DNA of 64,000 bases, taken from assembly GCA_963708295.1 (NCBI GenBank), contig CAVPSJ010000004.1, forward strand, positions 192,001 to 256,000, written 5' to 3'. A program made the position numbers and the translations under genes. Shown in pieces: positions 41,858 to 50,911 of this stretch. The notes under the pieces are model-generated. The model was given only the letters and a program-made list of their open reading frames with translations. It searched no databases and had not been told where the DNA came from. The first letter of the stretch is position 1; every line of letters begins with the position of its first letter. Origin of the DNA: an uncultured delta proteobacterium (GTDB lineage: Bacteria > Desulfobacterota > BSN033 > UBA1163).

Positions 41858-43292
41858 CTATATTTGCGGGGGAGAGTCGAGATTCGGTTGCTTCCAGGGC
41901 CTTTTCGTTGCATTCTCCCAAACATATCGGAGGATGAGCCGGTAAGCCATTCGTTTGAAGGGATTTGGGTTGAAGAAACCCCCCAGGAGGATCCTCGGCT
42001 GGGTATAATATTTTTTCAGATACGCCTGGTGAAGACGCTGAACCTCCCCTGCGGATAAGAATTGTGTATCCACCACAGGGTGCATGAAATCATATTTACC
42101 TAAATCCCTCTCTCGAATCCTCCCCAGTCGTTCTGCCTCTTCAAAGTATCTTGTTCCGGGAAGGGGAGTCGTCATGGTGAGTACCAAAAAGTCGCTCTGA
42201 GCCTTAACAAATCGGAAGACCTCCTGGATCGACTCCTGGGAGTCATTCCAGTCTCCGAACATGATGTTGGCCATCACCATGATCTTATTTTTTCTGAGAA
42301 TATCGATGGCCTTCTGGGCCATCTCTCTCGATTGTTGTTTTTCATACCGGCTGAGCACATCGGGCTGGATGCTCTCGATTCCCAACATCACTTCATAGAG
42401 CCCCAGGCGCCTCATTTCGGGGATGAGATCTTCATCCCTGATAATATCCTTGGTTCGGGATTGAAACCAGAAGTGGATGCGAAGACCTGACCTCCCCAAC
42501 TCATCAAGAAACTCCTCCACCCGTTTCCGGCTCCAGTTGAAGGTATTCTCGTTGAAAATAAAGAGGGTCTTGCCGTATTGATGGTTCAGAAAGGAAATCT
42601 CCTCCACGATTTTCTTCCCGCTCCGTCCCCTCCAGACCGCCTCCCAGAATCTGGACTCAGAACAGTAAGCGCATCGATCTCCACAGCCGCGGCTGGTCGA
42701 AAGACCAAACGCCCTTCTCCCCATTCCATGCCAGTAGTAGGCTTCTTTCTCCATATCGATGAGATGGTAGGCCGGGAGAGGAAGGGAGTCCAGATTGGGA
42801 ATGAGAGGATGTCTCTCCCTTAGAATGACTTTCCCGTTGTCCGAATAGGCGAGGCTCTTCACCCCTTTCCCTTTTCCGCCTCTGGAGAGGTCATGAAGGA
42901 ATTGAGAGAAGGCGATCTCTCCTTCGCCCAGGATAATATAGTCCAATTCCTTCAGCTCTCTGGAGGATGGTTTCCGCCATCAGGGTGAAGTGGCTTCCCC
43001 CTGCCACGATGATGGCGTTCGGCGAAAGTCTTCGGCTGAGAGTGATCGTCTGAATGGCCTCGGGCGAGAGACAGGTGGCCGAGCAGGTTATGCCAATGAC
43101 ATCGGCCTTGGCCGCTGAAATCGTATTTCCCAGATCTTTCCAAGGGGATGGAAGGACCGTGGCGTCAACGATCTGGACTTCGATGCCTTCTCTTTCCAGA
43201 TAGGCGCCCAATTGGAGAAGACCAAAAGAAGGGGTCCACATTCGAAGACCCGGAAAAAGTTTATGAGGCGGATCGATGAGAAGAACCTTCAT
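41858..43292 (-). CDS. Cobalamin-binding radical SAM protein (frameshift near 42950)
   Basis: MKVLLIDPP..GLLQLGAYL..GGSHF in one frame; GEGE, SRGCGDRCAYC, TPLPGT in the next. Confidence 0.88.
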
Positions 43293-43355
43293 CCGTTTAC
43301 GTTTTGAAATATGAATTTTGTGGCCGACAAAAACCTTGGCCGTCGACAACTCGAG

Positions 43356-43569
43356 ATCCGAATATCGGGAGAAGCGTCCGTCTCGGACCAATCCGAAACA
43401 AGGATATTAAACCCTAAACTCGAAACCCAAAACCCTAAACAAACTCCAATGTCGAAACCACAAAACTCAAACCCTATAATCTTTTGAGTTTTAGATTTTG
43501 GGTTTGTTTTAGGTTTAGAATTTAGTGTTTAGAGATTAATCCATTTCGGATTTCGTGCTTCGAATTTAA
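43356..43569. repeat. Nested 7-mer inverted-repeat element
   Basis: About 46-bp left end and tttcgtgcttcgaatttaa right end shared with 62686-62839; inner aaaccctaaac.../...gtttagaatttag array. Confidence 0.7.
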
Positions 43570-43626
43570 CGGTCTTCCCCTTCTTAAAAACGTTTCCCCC
43601 CATTGATTAGTTCTATCGGGACGAAA

Positions 43627-44049
43627 CTACACTTCCAAATACCTCTGCATCGCTTCAATTTTTTCGAGCACATCCGGAGGAACCTTGTAAAGTAGATTCC
43701 CCTTAAGATCGGTGAGGACATGCGTGGTGGAGCCCGTGGCCAGAACCTTCTCGTTTTCTTGATCAAGGACCCGATAGCGAAAGATCAATTTGGCCACCTC
43801 TGTTCTCTCCATGGTGGTCTGGATGATGAGGGATCTGCCGAAAGTGGCCGGAAGCTTGAACTGGCAGTTTAAATCCACTACCGGCGCCAGAAGATTCTTA
43901 TCCTTAAGCTGAAGCGGGCCCATCTGGTAGCGTTGGGTCAGGTCATTTCGACCCGCTTCAAACCAGCCCACATAGTGACCATGCCAAACGACCCCGTAAG
44001 CATCGACTTCATAAAATCGAACCTGAAGGGATGTCTCGTGGTATTTCAT
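43627..44049 (-). CDS. Acyl-CoA/ACP thioesterase (4HBT/YbgC family)
   Basis: VRFYEVDAYGVVWHGHYVGWFEAGR. Confidence 0.9.
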   Translation of the reverse strand: MKYHETSLQVRFYEVDAYGVVWHGHYVGWFEAGRNDLTQRYQMGPLQLKDKNLLAPVVDLNCQFKLPATFGRSLIIQTTMERTEVAKLIFRYRVLDQENEKVLATGSTTHVLTDLKGNLLYKVPPDVLEKIEAMQRYLEV

Positions 44050-44064
44050 CTCACATCCTCTCGT

Positions 44065-44973
44065 CTAGATGCGATCCCCTGCAGAAAACGCCTCTGCCTC
44101 ACGATCAATCCATCGCATCAATTTGGTAAGCGTGGTTTCATGTCCTACTTCGATGAATTGCGTATATCCTTCCTGAAGCAATTTCTCAACACATCGGATC
44201 CAGTACACGGGCCGGCCGATCTCCTGGGAGAGAAAATCTTTAATCTCCTCTCTTCTCAAAGGTTTGATCGTCCAATGATTGAGGATGGGAACCTTCAAGG
44301 GTTGAACCTTAATCTCTTGAAGGATCGTCATGATCTCTTCTCTTAAACAATAAAGTGAAGGGGAATGAAGAGCCGTATTGAAAGCAAGGCGGGTGGCAGA
44401 GACGGCCTTCCTGGAGAGGGCAAGGGAAATCGCCTTTTCCACCCCCCTCTCCTCCCCTGAAAGGACAAAATGCATCGAGCCGTTATAATTGGCAATGGAG
44501 AGTTGAAACCCGTTGAGGTCTTGACAGATCTTTTGGATTTCCTCCAACGGGAGACCGATGATGCTGGCCATGCCTCCTTTGTGAATCTCTCCTTCTCTCT
44601 TCAGGAGACGACCGATCGCTTCGGTGATGAAAAGACCTTCTTCAAAACCGATGGCCTCCGAGGCCGCTAGGGCTGAATAGATCCCCATACTATGTTCGGC
44701 AAAGATATCCGGATTCCATCCGGCGGCTCGAAGACGATAGAAGTGAACCATCGAAAGGAAGTAGGTCGACATCTGAAGCTTAAGACTAAAATCTTCCTCT
44801 TCTTCCTCGCCCCCGAATAAGAAGTTGAGGAGGTCGAATTTCGTCTGGTGGGAAGCCCTTGTTGATAATTCCTTAAAGTGCGGATCCTCCCTGAGGGGAT
44901 GATCCTTCAGCATCGGCTTTTCATGAAGTTGGCCGGGAAAGCAGAAGGCTGTCTTTCCTTTTGACGCCTTCAT
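44065..44973 (-). CDS. FabD-like acyl-CoA:ACP transacylase (atypical)
   Basis: FPGQ, EHSMG, IANYN, ALHS. Confidence 0.85.
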   Translation of the reverse strand: MKASKGKTAFCFPGQLHEKPMLKDHPLREDPHFKELSTRASHQTKFDLLNFLFGGEEEEEDFSLKLQMSTYFLSMVHFYRLRAAGWNPDIFAEHSMGIYSALAASEAIGFEEGLFITEAIGRLLKREGEIHKGGMASIIGLPLEEIQKICQDLNGFQLSIANYNGSMHFVLSGEERGVEKAISLALSRKAVSATRLAFNTALHSPSLYCLREEIMTILQEIKVQPLKVPILNHWTIKPLRREEIKDFLSQEIGRPVYWIRCVEKLLQEGYTQFIEVGHETTLTKLMRWIDREAEAFSAGDRI

Positions 44974-45242
44974 GCGGTCCCCTGATTTTCTAAAACATAC
45001 TGGGCCATGGTTCTCACGGATTGAAAGACTTTTTTCCCCACCTCCGCATCGGGGATGACGACTCCAAACTCCTTCTCCAGGCCCAGAACGAGTTCGAGGG
45101 CATCGATCGAGTCCAATCCAAGGCCCTCGCCGAAGAGAGGGGCATCGTTCTCGATCATCTCCGGCGTCATGTCCACGAGTTTCAATCTCTGGATAATCAG
45201 TTGTTTGATTTTTTCGATCAGGTGATCATTCGGTTCAACCAT
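44970..45242 (-). CDS. Acyl carrier protein
   Basis: PLFGEGLGLDSIDALEL. Confidence 0.93.
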   Translation of the reverse strand: MVEPNDHLIEKIKQLIIQRLKLVDMTPEMIENDAPLFGEGLGLDSIDALELVLGLEKEFGVVIPDAEVGKKVFQSVRTMAQYVLENQGTA

Positions 45243-45339
45243 TCTTCTCCTCTTCTGTTCAATGAGTACTTTGAAGTTCGTATTTCGGCTTTCGGAGCCT
45301 GAGAATCACTAGGCCAACTTGACTCCCTCGGAACTGTTT

Positions 45340-46251
45340 TCACTCGTTCCAGTAAGAATAAAAATTATACCATTGATCCGGATATTTTTCGATATACTCC
45401 TCAAATTTCTTGATCAGTTTTTCCATCCCTTCTTGAATCACTGTCTCCCGATCTTTCCTCGAAGAGGGATTAAAATAGATAGGGGGTTCAATGATTCCTC
45501 TATACTTTCGGTTGCTTTCCATCACCACAAAGACCGGCAGAACCGGTGCACCTGTGGCCATGGCGAGGATGGCGACACCGACGGGAAATGCGGTCTTTCT
45601 CCCAAAGAAATCGAAGATCATGGTCTTTTGAGACTCAATGCGGTCTCCTAACATCGCCACGATTTCATTTCGCCGAAGAGCCTTGACGGCATCCAAGATG
45701 GCCATGGGAGAGTCGTCCTTCGGATTGATATAGAGAATCTTTATTCCCCTTCTTCTTCTCATCTCCTCCCGAAAAGATCGGGTATCCAGATCTCTCTCGT
45801 CAAGGGTGAGGACATTGAGACTTCCTCCTCTGAAGGAAAAGAGCAATCCTCCGATTTCCCAATTTCCAAGATGGGGCGTGATACAGATGGCCCCTTTTCC
45901 GGCTTCAAGGGCTTCCATCATGTAACCCGCTCCCACCTCTTCTTCAACCCATTGGTTCTTATTGGATGGGAGGAGGCGATGCATGACCATATAATCCAAA
46001 AGGTACTGACCATAGTTTTGGAAAGTCTTTCTGGTTAAGACATCCACTTTCCCCTTTGACCACCTTCCTTTGTTCAATCCTTCAATATTCTTTCGGACAT
46101 GGGCTCTTGTCTTTCTCATCAGCAGGTAAAAGAGATCTCCAATGATCACGGTAAAGAATTTTTGGATCGACCGGGGGATGAGGGTTGAGCAAAACTGAAA
46201 GAAAAAGAGGTAAATGAACCGATTCAGAGATCGGGGGTGACGTTCTTCCAT
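45340..46251 (-). CDS. LpxL/HtrB-family lipid acyltransferase
   Basis: HLGNWE, MLGDR, FFG, YPDQWYNF. Confidence 0.88.
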   Translation of the reverse strand: MEERHPRSLNRFIYLFFFQFCSTLIPRSIQKFFTVIIGDLFYLLMRKTRAHVRKNIEGLNKGRWSKGKVDVLTRKTFQNYGQYLLDYMVMHRLLPSNKNQWVEEEVGAGYMMEALEAGKGAICITPHLGNWEIGGLLFSFRGGSLNVLTLDERDLDTRSFREEMRRRRGIKILYINPKDDSPMAILDAVKALRRNEIVAMLGDRIESQKTMIFDFFGRKTAFPVGVAILAMATGAPVLPVFVVMESNRKYRGIIEPPIYFNPSSRKDRETVIQEGMEKLIKKFEEYIEKYPDQWYNFYSYWNE

Positions 46252-46252
46252 A

Positions 46253-47624
46253 TTAACCCCCGAAGTAGTCTCTCAGGAAGCCGAGAAGCGTCCGGAAACC
46301 CAAACGATGTTTCTTGACGTGATGCCAGATGTCGTGAATCCCTTTTTTCGACCGGGTATAATAGAGGAGGTGCGCCTTGAGCAGAAGCCACTCCATTCGA
46401 ATGAATGAAAGATGGTCGTGTTTAAACACCAAGTGCTGCATATCGAAAAAGGACCAGGGCGACCTCCATTTAAAAATCCGACCCTTCACCTGCTCGTAGA
46501 TGGCCGTGCCCGGGTAAGGGGTGAGGATGGCGAACTGGGCCACGTTCGTATCGAGCTTTTTTGCAAAACGGATGGTGTCATGAATCGTCTTGACGGTATC
46601 GTGGAGCCCTCCCAGGATATACGAGGCGTGGATCTCCAGACCATTCCGTTTCAGCATCTCTACCGTCTGAACGGTTTCCTCCACATGGAACCCCTTCCTC
46701 AACTCCTCGAGGGTTCTCGGGCTGGAGGATTCCACTCCGATAAAGACCGATTTCGCTCCCGCCCTGACCATTTCTTTAACCATTTCTTCGTTTCGAAGCA
46801 GGAGGTCGATCCTGGATAAGCACCACCACCAGAGGTCGAGTTTCTTTTCAACGATCCCATGGCAAATTTCAATCACCCTCCTCGAATTGAGGTTAAAGGT
46901 GTCATCCACAAAGGCCACGGCATTAAAATGATACCGGTGATGAATCTCTTCGATTTCTTTCAAGACAGAAGCCACGCTCCTCATCCTGATTCTTGTCCCC
47001 CAGAAGTGGGAAGAAGCGCAGAAGGCACATTGATAGGGGCATCCACGGCTCGTGATCAAAGGAGTGATGTCACGGTCTCCGATTCTTGGTCCTTTGATAA
47101 TCATCGATAGGGATCAGATGCCTGGCGGGGAGGGGAAGACTGTCGAGATCCTCAATGAAAGGCCGCGGAGGAGTTCGCACCAGTTGACCCTTGGATAAGA
47201 AACTGATCCCCTGGATGGAATCGAATGTGCGATCATCTTTTTGTAAAGCGCCCGCCAATTCTGAAAAGGTAACCTCTCCTTCTCCCCGGACAATGAAATC
47301 AACTCTTTTGGTCGAAAGGATTTCTTCATCCACATAGCCAGGATGGGGCCCGCCCATCACCACCGTGCACCCATTCGCCTTCGCTCTCTTTGCTAATCGA
47401 AGGGCTTGACGGTGACGGGTCGTATCTGTGGAGATGCCGACGATATCATATTTCTTAAAATCGATTTCCTCCTTCTTCCGTCGAACAGCCAGGTCCCTGA
47501 CCACAACTTGATGGCCTCCCTTCTCGGCATACGCAGCAACATAGAGAAGGCCGAGAGGTGGAAAGAGAACTCCTGTTGCTTTCAGGGTCCCCGTAGGCGC
47601 AGGATTGATTAAAAGGATGTTCAT
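46253..47624 (-). CDS. Cobalamin-binding radical SAM protein (frameshift near 47100)
   Basis: PPLGLLYVAA, GGPHP, GEGE; then SRGCPYQCAFC, TPYPGT. Confidence 0.88.
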
Positions 47625-47643
47625 GAATTTAGTCAAAAGTCCC

Positions 47644-47742
47644 GTAGTCTTGTAGCCTTGTAGTTTTCTTGACCAGACGACTAAGTGACTGCCTAACTAT
47701 TCGACCTTTTCTTCGCTATGCTCTATGCGCCATGCACTATGC
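47644..47742. repeat. Short-period repeat array (8-mers and 7-mers)
   Basis: gtagtctt gtagcctt gtag facing gacca/gacta; gctatgc tctatgc gccatgc actatgc. Confidence 0.65.
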
Positions 47743-48694
47743 CATTTATTGTTTGGCGGTAGCGTTCGCAGAGATCCCCCCAGCAGGCGACCACTTGATG
47801 GTCCACCAGAAGCTGGATCACCTCACACTGGTTTCCGCACTCGCTGCAATCAAACCCTTTGGTCGAACAGGACTTCCGGAGTAGATCAAACCCTCTAAAC
47901 TGGGTCTTGGAGATTTTGGCCTTCTTTACCAATTTTGCAGCCCCGATGGCGCCCATCACATCAAAATGTTCCGGAATGACCAGGGACACTTCCAATTCCC
48001 TTTCGAGGGCTCTTTGAATGCCCCGGTTCGCCGCGACGCCCCCCTGGAAAACGATGGGAGAAAGGATTTCTTTCCCCCGGCAGACATTATTCAAATAATT
48101 CTTCACCAGGGAGTCACAGAGGCCCGCCACAATATCCTCAACGGAGTGTCCAATCTGTTGCTTATGGATCATATCCGTCTCGGCAAAGACCGTGCATCGG
48201 CCTGCGATCCGGACCGGGTGATCGGCCTTGAGCGCAAGATCCCCGAACGCCTCGATGGAGATCCCGAGCCTGGCCGCTTGCTGATCCAAGAAAGATCCTG
48301 TGCCTGCGGCACAGACCGTGTTCATGGCAAAGTCGACGACGACGCCATTTCTCAGGACGATGACCTTGGAATCCTGGCCACCGATCTCGATGATGGTCTT
48401 CGCCTCGGGCAAAAAATCGATCACGGAGATGGCGTGGGCAGTAATCTCATTTTTGATAAGATCGGCGCCTACCAGATATGCAGCCAGATGCCTGGCACTG
48501 CCGGTCGTGGCCACTCCATTGATCGCAATGGTTTCCCCCAGCTGAGTCAGGATCTCCTTGATCCCTTGCTGGATGGCTTCAATAGGCCGGCCAATGTTCC
48601 GGATATAGGACTTGGCTAAGACTTGATCGCTTTCGCTCAACACCACCAGCTTGGTGGTGATGGAACCGACATCAATGCCTAAGTAATGACCCAT
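47723..48694 (-). CDS. ASKHA-type acyl-CoA dehydratase activase (HgdC/BadFG-like)
   Basis: GIDVGSITTK, EIGGQDSK, CAAGTGSF, RCTVFAE, C-terminal CxxCxxxC..C. Confidence 0.92.
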   Translation of the reverse strand: MGHYLGIDVGSITTKLVVLSESDQVLAKSYIRNIGRPIEAIQQGIKEILTQLGETIAINGVATTGSARHLAAYLVGADLIKNEITAHAISVIDFLPEAKTIIEIGGQDSKVIVLRNGVVVDFAMNTVCAAGTGSFLDQQAARLGISIEAFGDLALKADHPVRIAGRCTVFAETDMIHKQQIGHSVEDIVAGLCDSLVKNYLNNVCRGKEILSPIVFQGGVAANRGIQRALERELEVSLVIPEHFDVMGAIGAAKLVKKAKISKTQFRGFDLLRKSCSTKGFDCSECGNQCEVIQLLVDHQVVACWGDLCERYRQTINGIVHGA

Positions 48695-48735
48695 TCTTTA
48701 AATCTCACAAAGTAAAACAGGGAATAACGTCTCAG

Positions 48736-48784
48736 GTTCAGGCTAAGGCTGAGGTTAAGAAGTGCTAAACCTTAACCTCAACCT
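48736..48784. repeat. Inverted 6-mer array
   Basis: ggttcaggctaaggctgaggttaag facing ccttaacctcaacct. Confidence 0.6.
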
Positions 48785-49832
48785 AAGTATTTTCTGTTTT
48801 TCTCTGTTCCACCACGTCCCGAAAGGCTTCCAGCCGGGTGGTCAACCCTTCCCTTCCCGTATGTTCATCAAAGGAGAGGATGAGAAAGGGGATGGAAGAC
48901 CCTCCCCGGACTTTCAACCTCCTTTTGATGAATTCTTGTAGGAGAGCGTCAATCCCGCATTTAAACGAGGTGAGGAAGACCACCCCATCCACGCCACCGG
49001 ATAGAAAGTGGAAAAGGGATCCTACAATTTCTCTTCCCGAGGACCAGTAAATCTCTTTGGAAAGGCCAGAGACCTCTCGATCGATCTCCTTTTCAGAAAG
49101 GAGATCAGAGGTCATGATCTCCATCTCCAAACTTTTCGCCAGGGCGAGAAGGTCCTTGTTGATATCGATGTCGAAGAGATTGTACGGATGGCCGATGAAA
49201 GCGATGCGCAAGGAACCTCCAATTCCTTTTTCTCCTCTTTTTGCTGCTTCTCCCTCCCCTTCATCCCCTCCCACCCAGGGAGGGGAAATTTTGGATGGAG
49301 GCGGAGTGGGAACATTCATCTCAAAGAGTTGCCCTGTCGGAAGTCGGTTGATTCGATTCCCCCAGTCCTTTTGAAATTCGGAGAAAGACTCCTCGGCCTC
49401 TCGAAAGGCCCTCCTGCTTTCTTGTCTCGAGGCGCCCAGCTTTTCGGCGATGTTCACAAAAGACTGAAGCAGGGGAATGCCCCCTTTTCGAGGATCGACG
49501 GTCTCGTCGATAATGGAAACTTTTCCTTCCGTGGCAAGCCGCACAATGTCCGGAGCCGCACGAAACTTGGGACACATGATGTAAGTTCGATGAATACTGA
49601 CCAACCGAGGGATGAAAAGATGGTCTACTTTGTCCTTCAATTGAACGGCATGTGTGACCAGAAGTTTCATCGGAAGGCAACTGTCTTCGAAATAGATGAT
49701 CTTCTCCTTTTGTCCCACCCCGCTGGAAACCATCACCTTCCAACCTAGCCTTTCAAAGAAGGAGCGCCAGAGAGGAAAAAAACGGTAAAACATCAGCGCT
49801 CTGGGAATGCCTATGCGGCCCTTCTCTTCCAT
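48783..49832 (-). CDS. DUF2229 / 2-hydroxyacyl-CoA dehydratase-related subunit
   Basis: IGIPRAL, DSCLPMK, CPK, GHPYN, SFKCGID, DEHTG..TRLEAF. Confidence 0.85.
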   Translation of the reverse strand: MEEKGRIGIPRALMFYRFFPLWRSFFERLGWKVMVSSGVGQKEKIIYFEDSCLPMKLLVTHAVQLKDKVDHLFIPRLVSIHRTYIMCPKFRAAPDIVRLATEGKVSIIDETVDPRKGGIPLLQSFVNIAEKLGASRQESRRAFREAEESFSEFQKDWGNRINRLPTGQLFEMNVPTPPPSKISPPWVGGDEGEGEAAKRGEKGIGGSLRIAFIGHPYNLFDIDINKDLLALAKSLEMEIMTSDLLSEKEIDREVSGLSKEIYWSSGREIVGSLFHFLSGGVDGVVFLTSFKCGIDALLQEFIKRRLKVRGGSSIPFLILSFDEHTGREGLTTRLEAFRDVVEQRKTENT

Positions 49833-50911
49833 TCCAACATCTCCACAAAGGCCTCAAGAAGTGTCTGGATGCGGCCTTCGATTTCCTGCTCATCTAAAAT
49901 GATCGTCAGGATGGGAATGTCCCGGTCCTTTCCCACCTTCGTCAAAATTCCAGAGGCGGTGGTCTCCGGCATGCAGGCGAAAGGCATGAGATGGACGATC
50001 CCATCGTATCCTTCTTCCGATCTCAAGATGGCCTCACCGATGGAGATATTACATTCTGCCCCCACGTCGTAACCCAGATAAGCCTTTGACGCTTCAAAGA
50101 AACGAATTCGTTCCGAAGCCCGATCCGCCTTATTCTTCCGAAGACTCCTCAGGATATGAGTGGAGAACCAGGAGGTCCGCGTCACTTCCACGCCCAATTC
50201 TCCCAGTTTCTGTTCCACTCCTCGATTGATATGGGGGTCCATCACGGTATAGAGTTCGCCCACAACGGCGACTTTAAACGGGCTGCGGGAAGGATCTCGT
50301 TCCATATCCTGAAGAAGGGTTTTTCCTTCTTGAGTGGCTCCTTGCAGGGCGCTCGTCGTTTTAGCCTCATCCACCCACGAGAGGGCCTTCTTCAATCGCT
50401 TCTGAGTCTCTCCTTTCTTGATCTCCATGGGTCTGACCTTCATGGCCAATTGTTCTAATGCCTCGCAGGCCATCATCTTCTTCCACCCTATCCAGAGCCC
50501 GTAAGGGAAGAGGAGAACATTCTTCGCACTCAACTCTTTTCTCAGCTCTTTCGTCTCCTCGTGATTCTTCCACATCGCCTTCCAGCCGAGTCGAGGCGGG
50601 ATGGTCAGCCATCGATAATGAAGACCCATATCTTCAAGGATCACTTTCTGAACAAGGTCATAGAGTCCCAGGCGGCAAGGAGGGCCGCTGCCGACCATCA
50701 CAATGGTATCCGCTCCCCTCTGAAGGGCTTCGATAAAATTCCCCAGGATGATTTTGAAAGGAAGACAGATAGACTCATTTGAGTGGAGGGCACCGAGGGT
50801 CAGGGTTTTTCGGCTGGTTTCAGGAGGAAGGATATAGGGAATACCGGCGGTCTCTGCGATGGCCTTGCAGAAGATGTGCATCGAGCCCAAACGGGGAAAG
50901 GTTACCTTCAT
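49811..50911 (-). CDS. 2-hydroxyacyl-CoA dehydratase/reductase-related subunit
   Basis: ESICLPFK, GPPCRLG.Y, VGELY, PFACMPE, DEQ..LEAF. Confidence 0.85.
   Translation of the reverse strand: MKVTFPRLGSMHIFCKAIAETAGIPYILPPETSRKTLTLGALHSNESICLPFKIILGNFIEALQRGADTIVMVGSGPPCRLGLYDLVQKVILEDMGLHYRWLTIPPRLGWKAMWKNHEETKELRKELSAKNVLLFPYGLWIGWKKMMACEALEQLAMKVRPMEIKKGETQKRLKKALSWVDEAKTTSALQGATQEGKTLLQDMERDPSRSPFKVAVVGELYTVMDPHINRGVEQKLGELGVEVTRTSWFSTHILRSLRKNKADRASERIRFFEASKAYLGYDVGAECNISIGEAILRSEEGYDGIVHLMPFACMPETTASGILTKVGKDRDIPILTIILDEQEIEGRIQTLLEAFVEMLEWKRRAA

Noticed and set aside
43356-43569. Repeat arrays as CRISPR
   Set aside because: Period is 6-8 bp and inverted; no constant repeat with unique spacers and no cas genes
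42940-47110. Programmed frameshifting in the two B12-rSAM genes
   Set aside because: No shared slippery motif recognised, and similar indels hit unrelated genes such as liv and lemA
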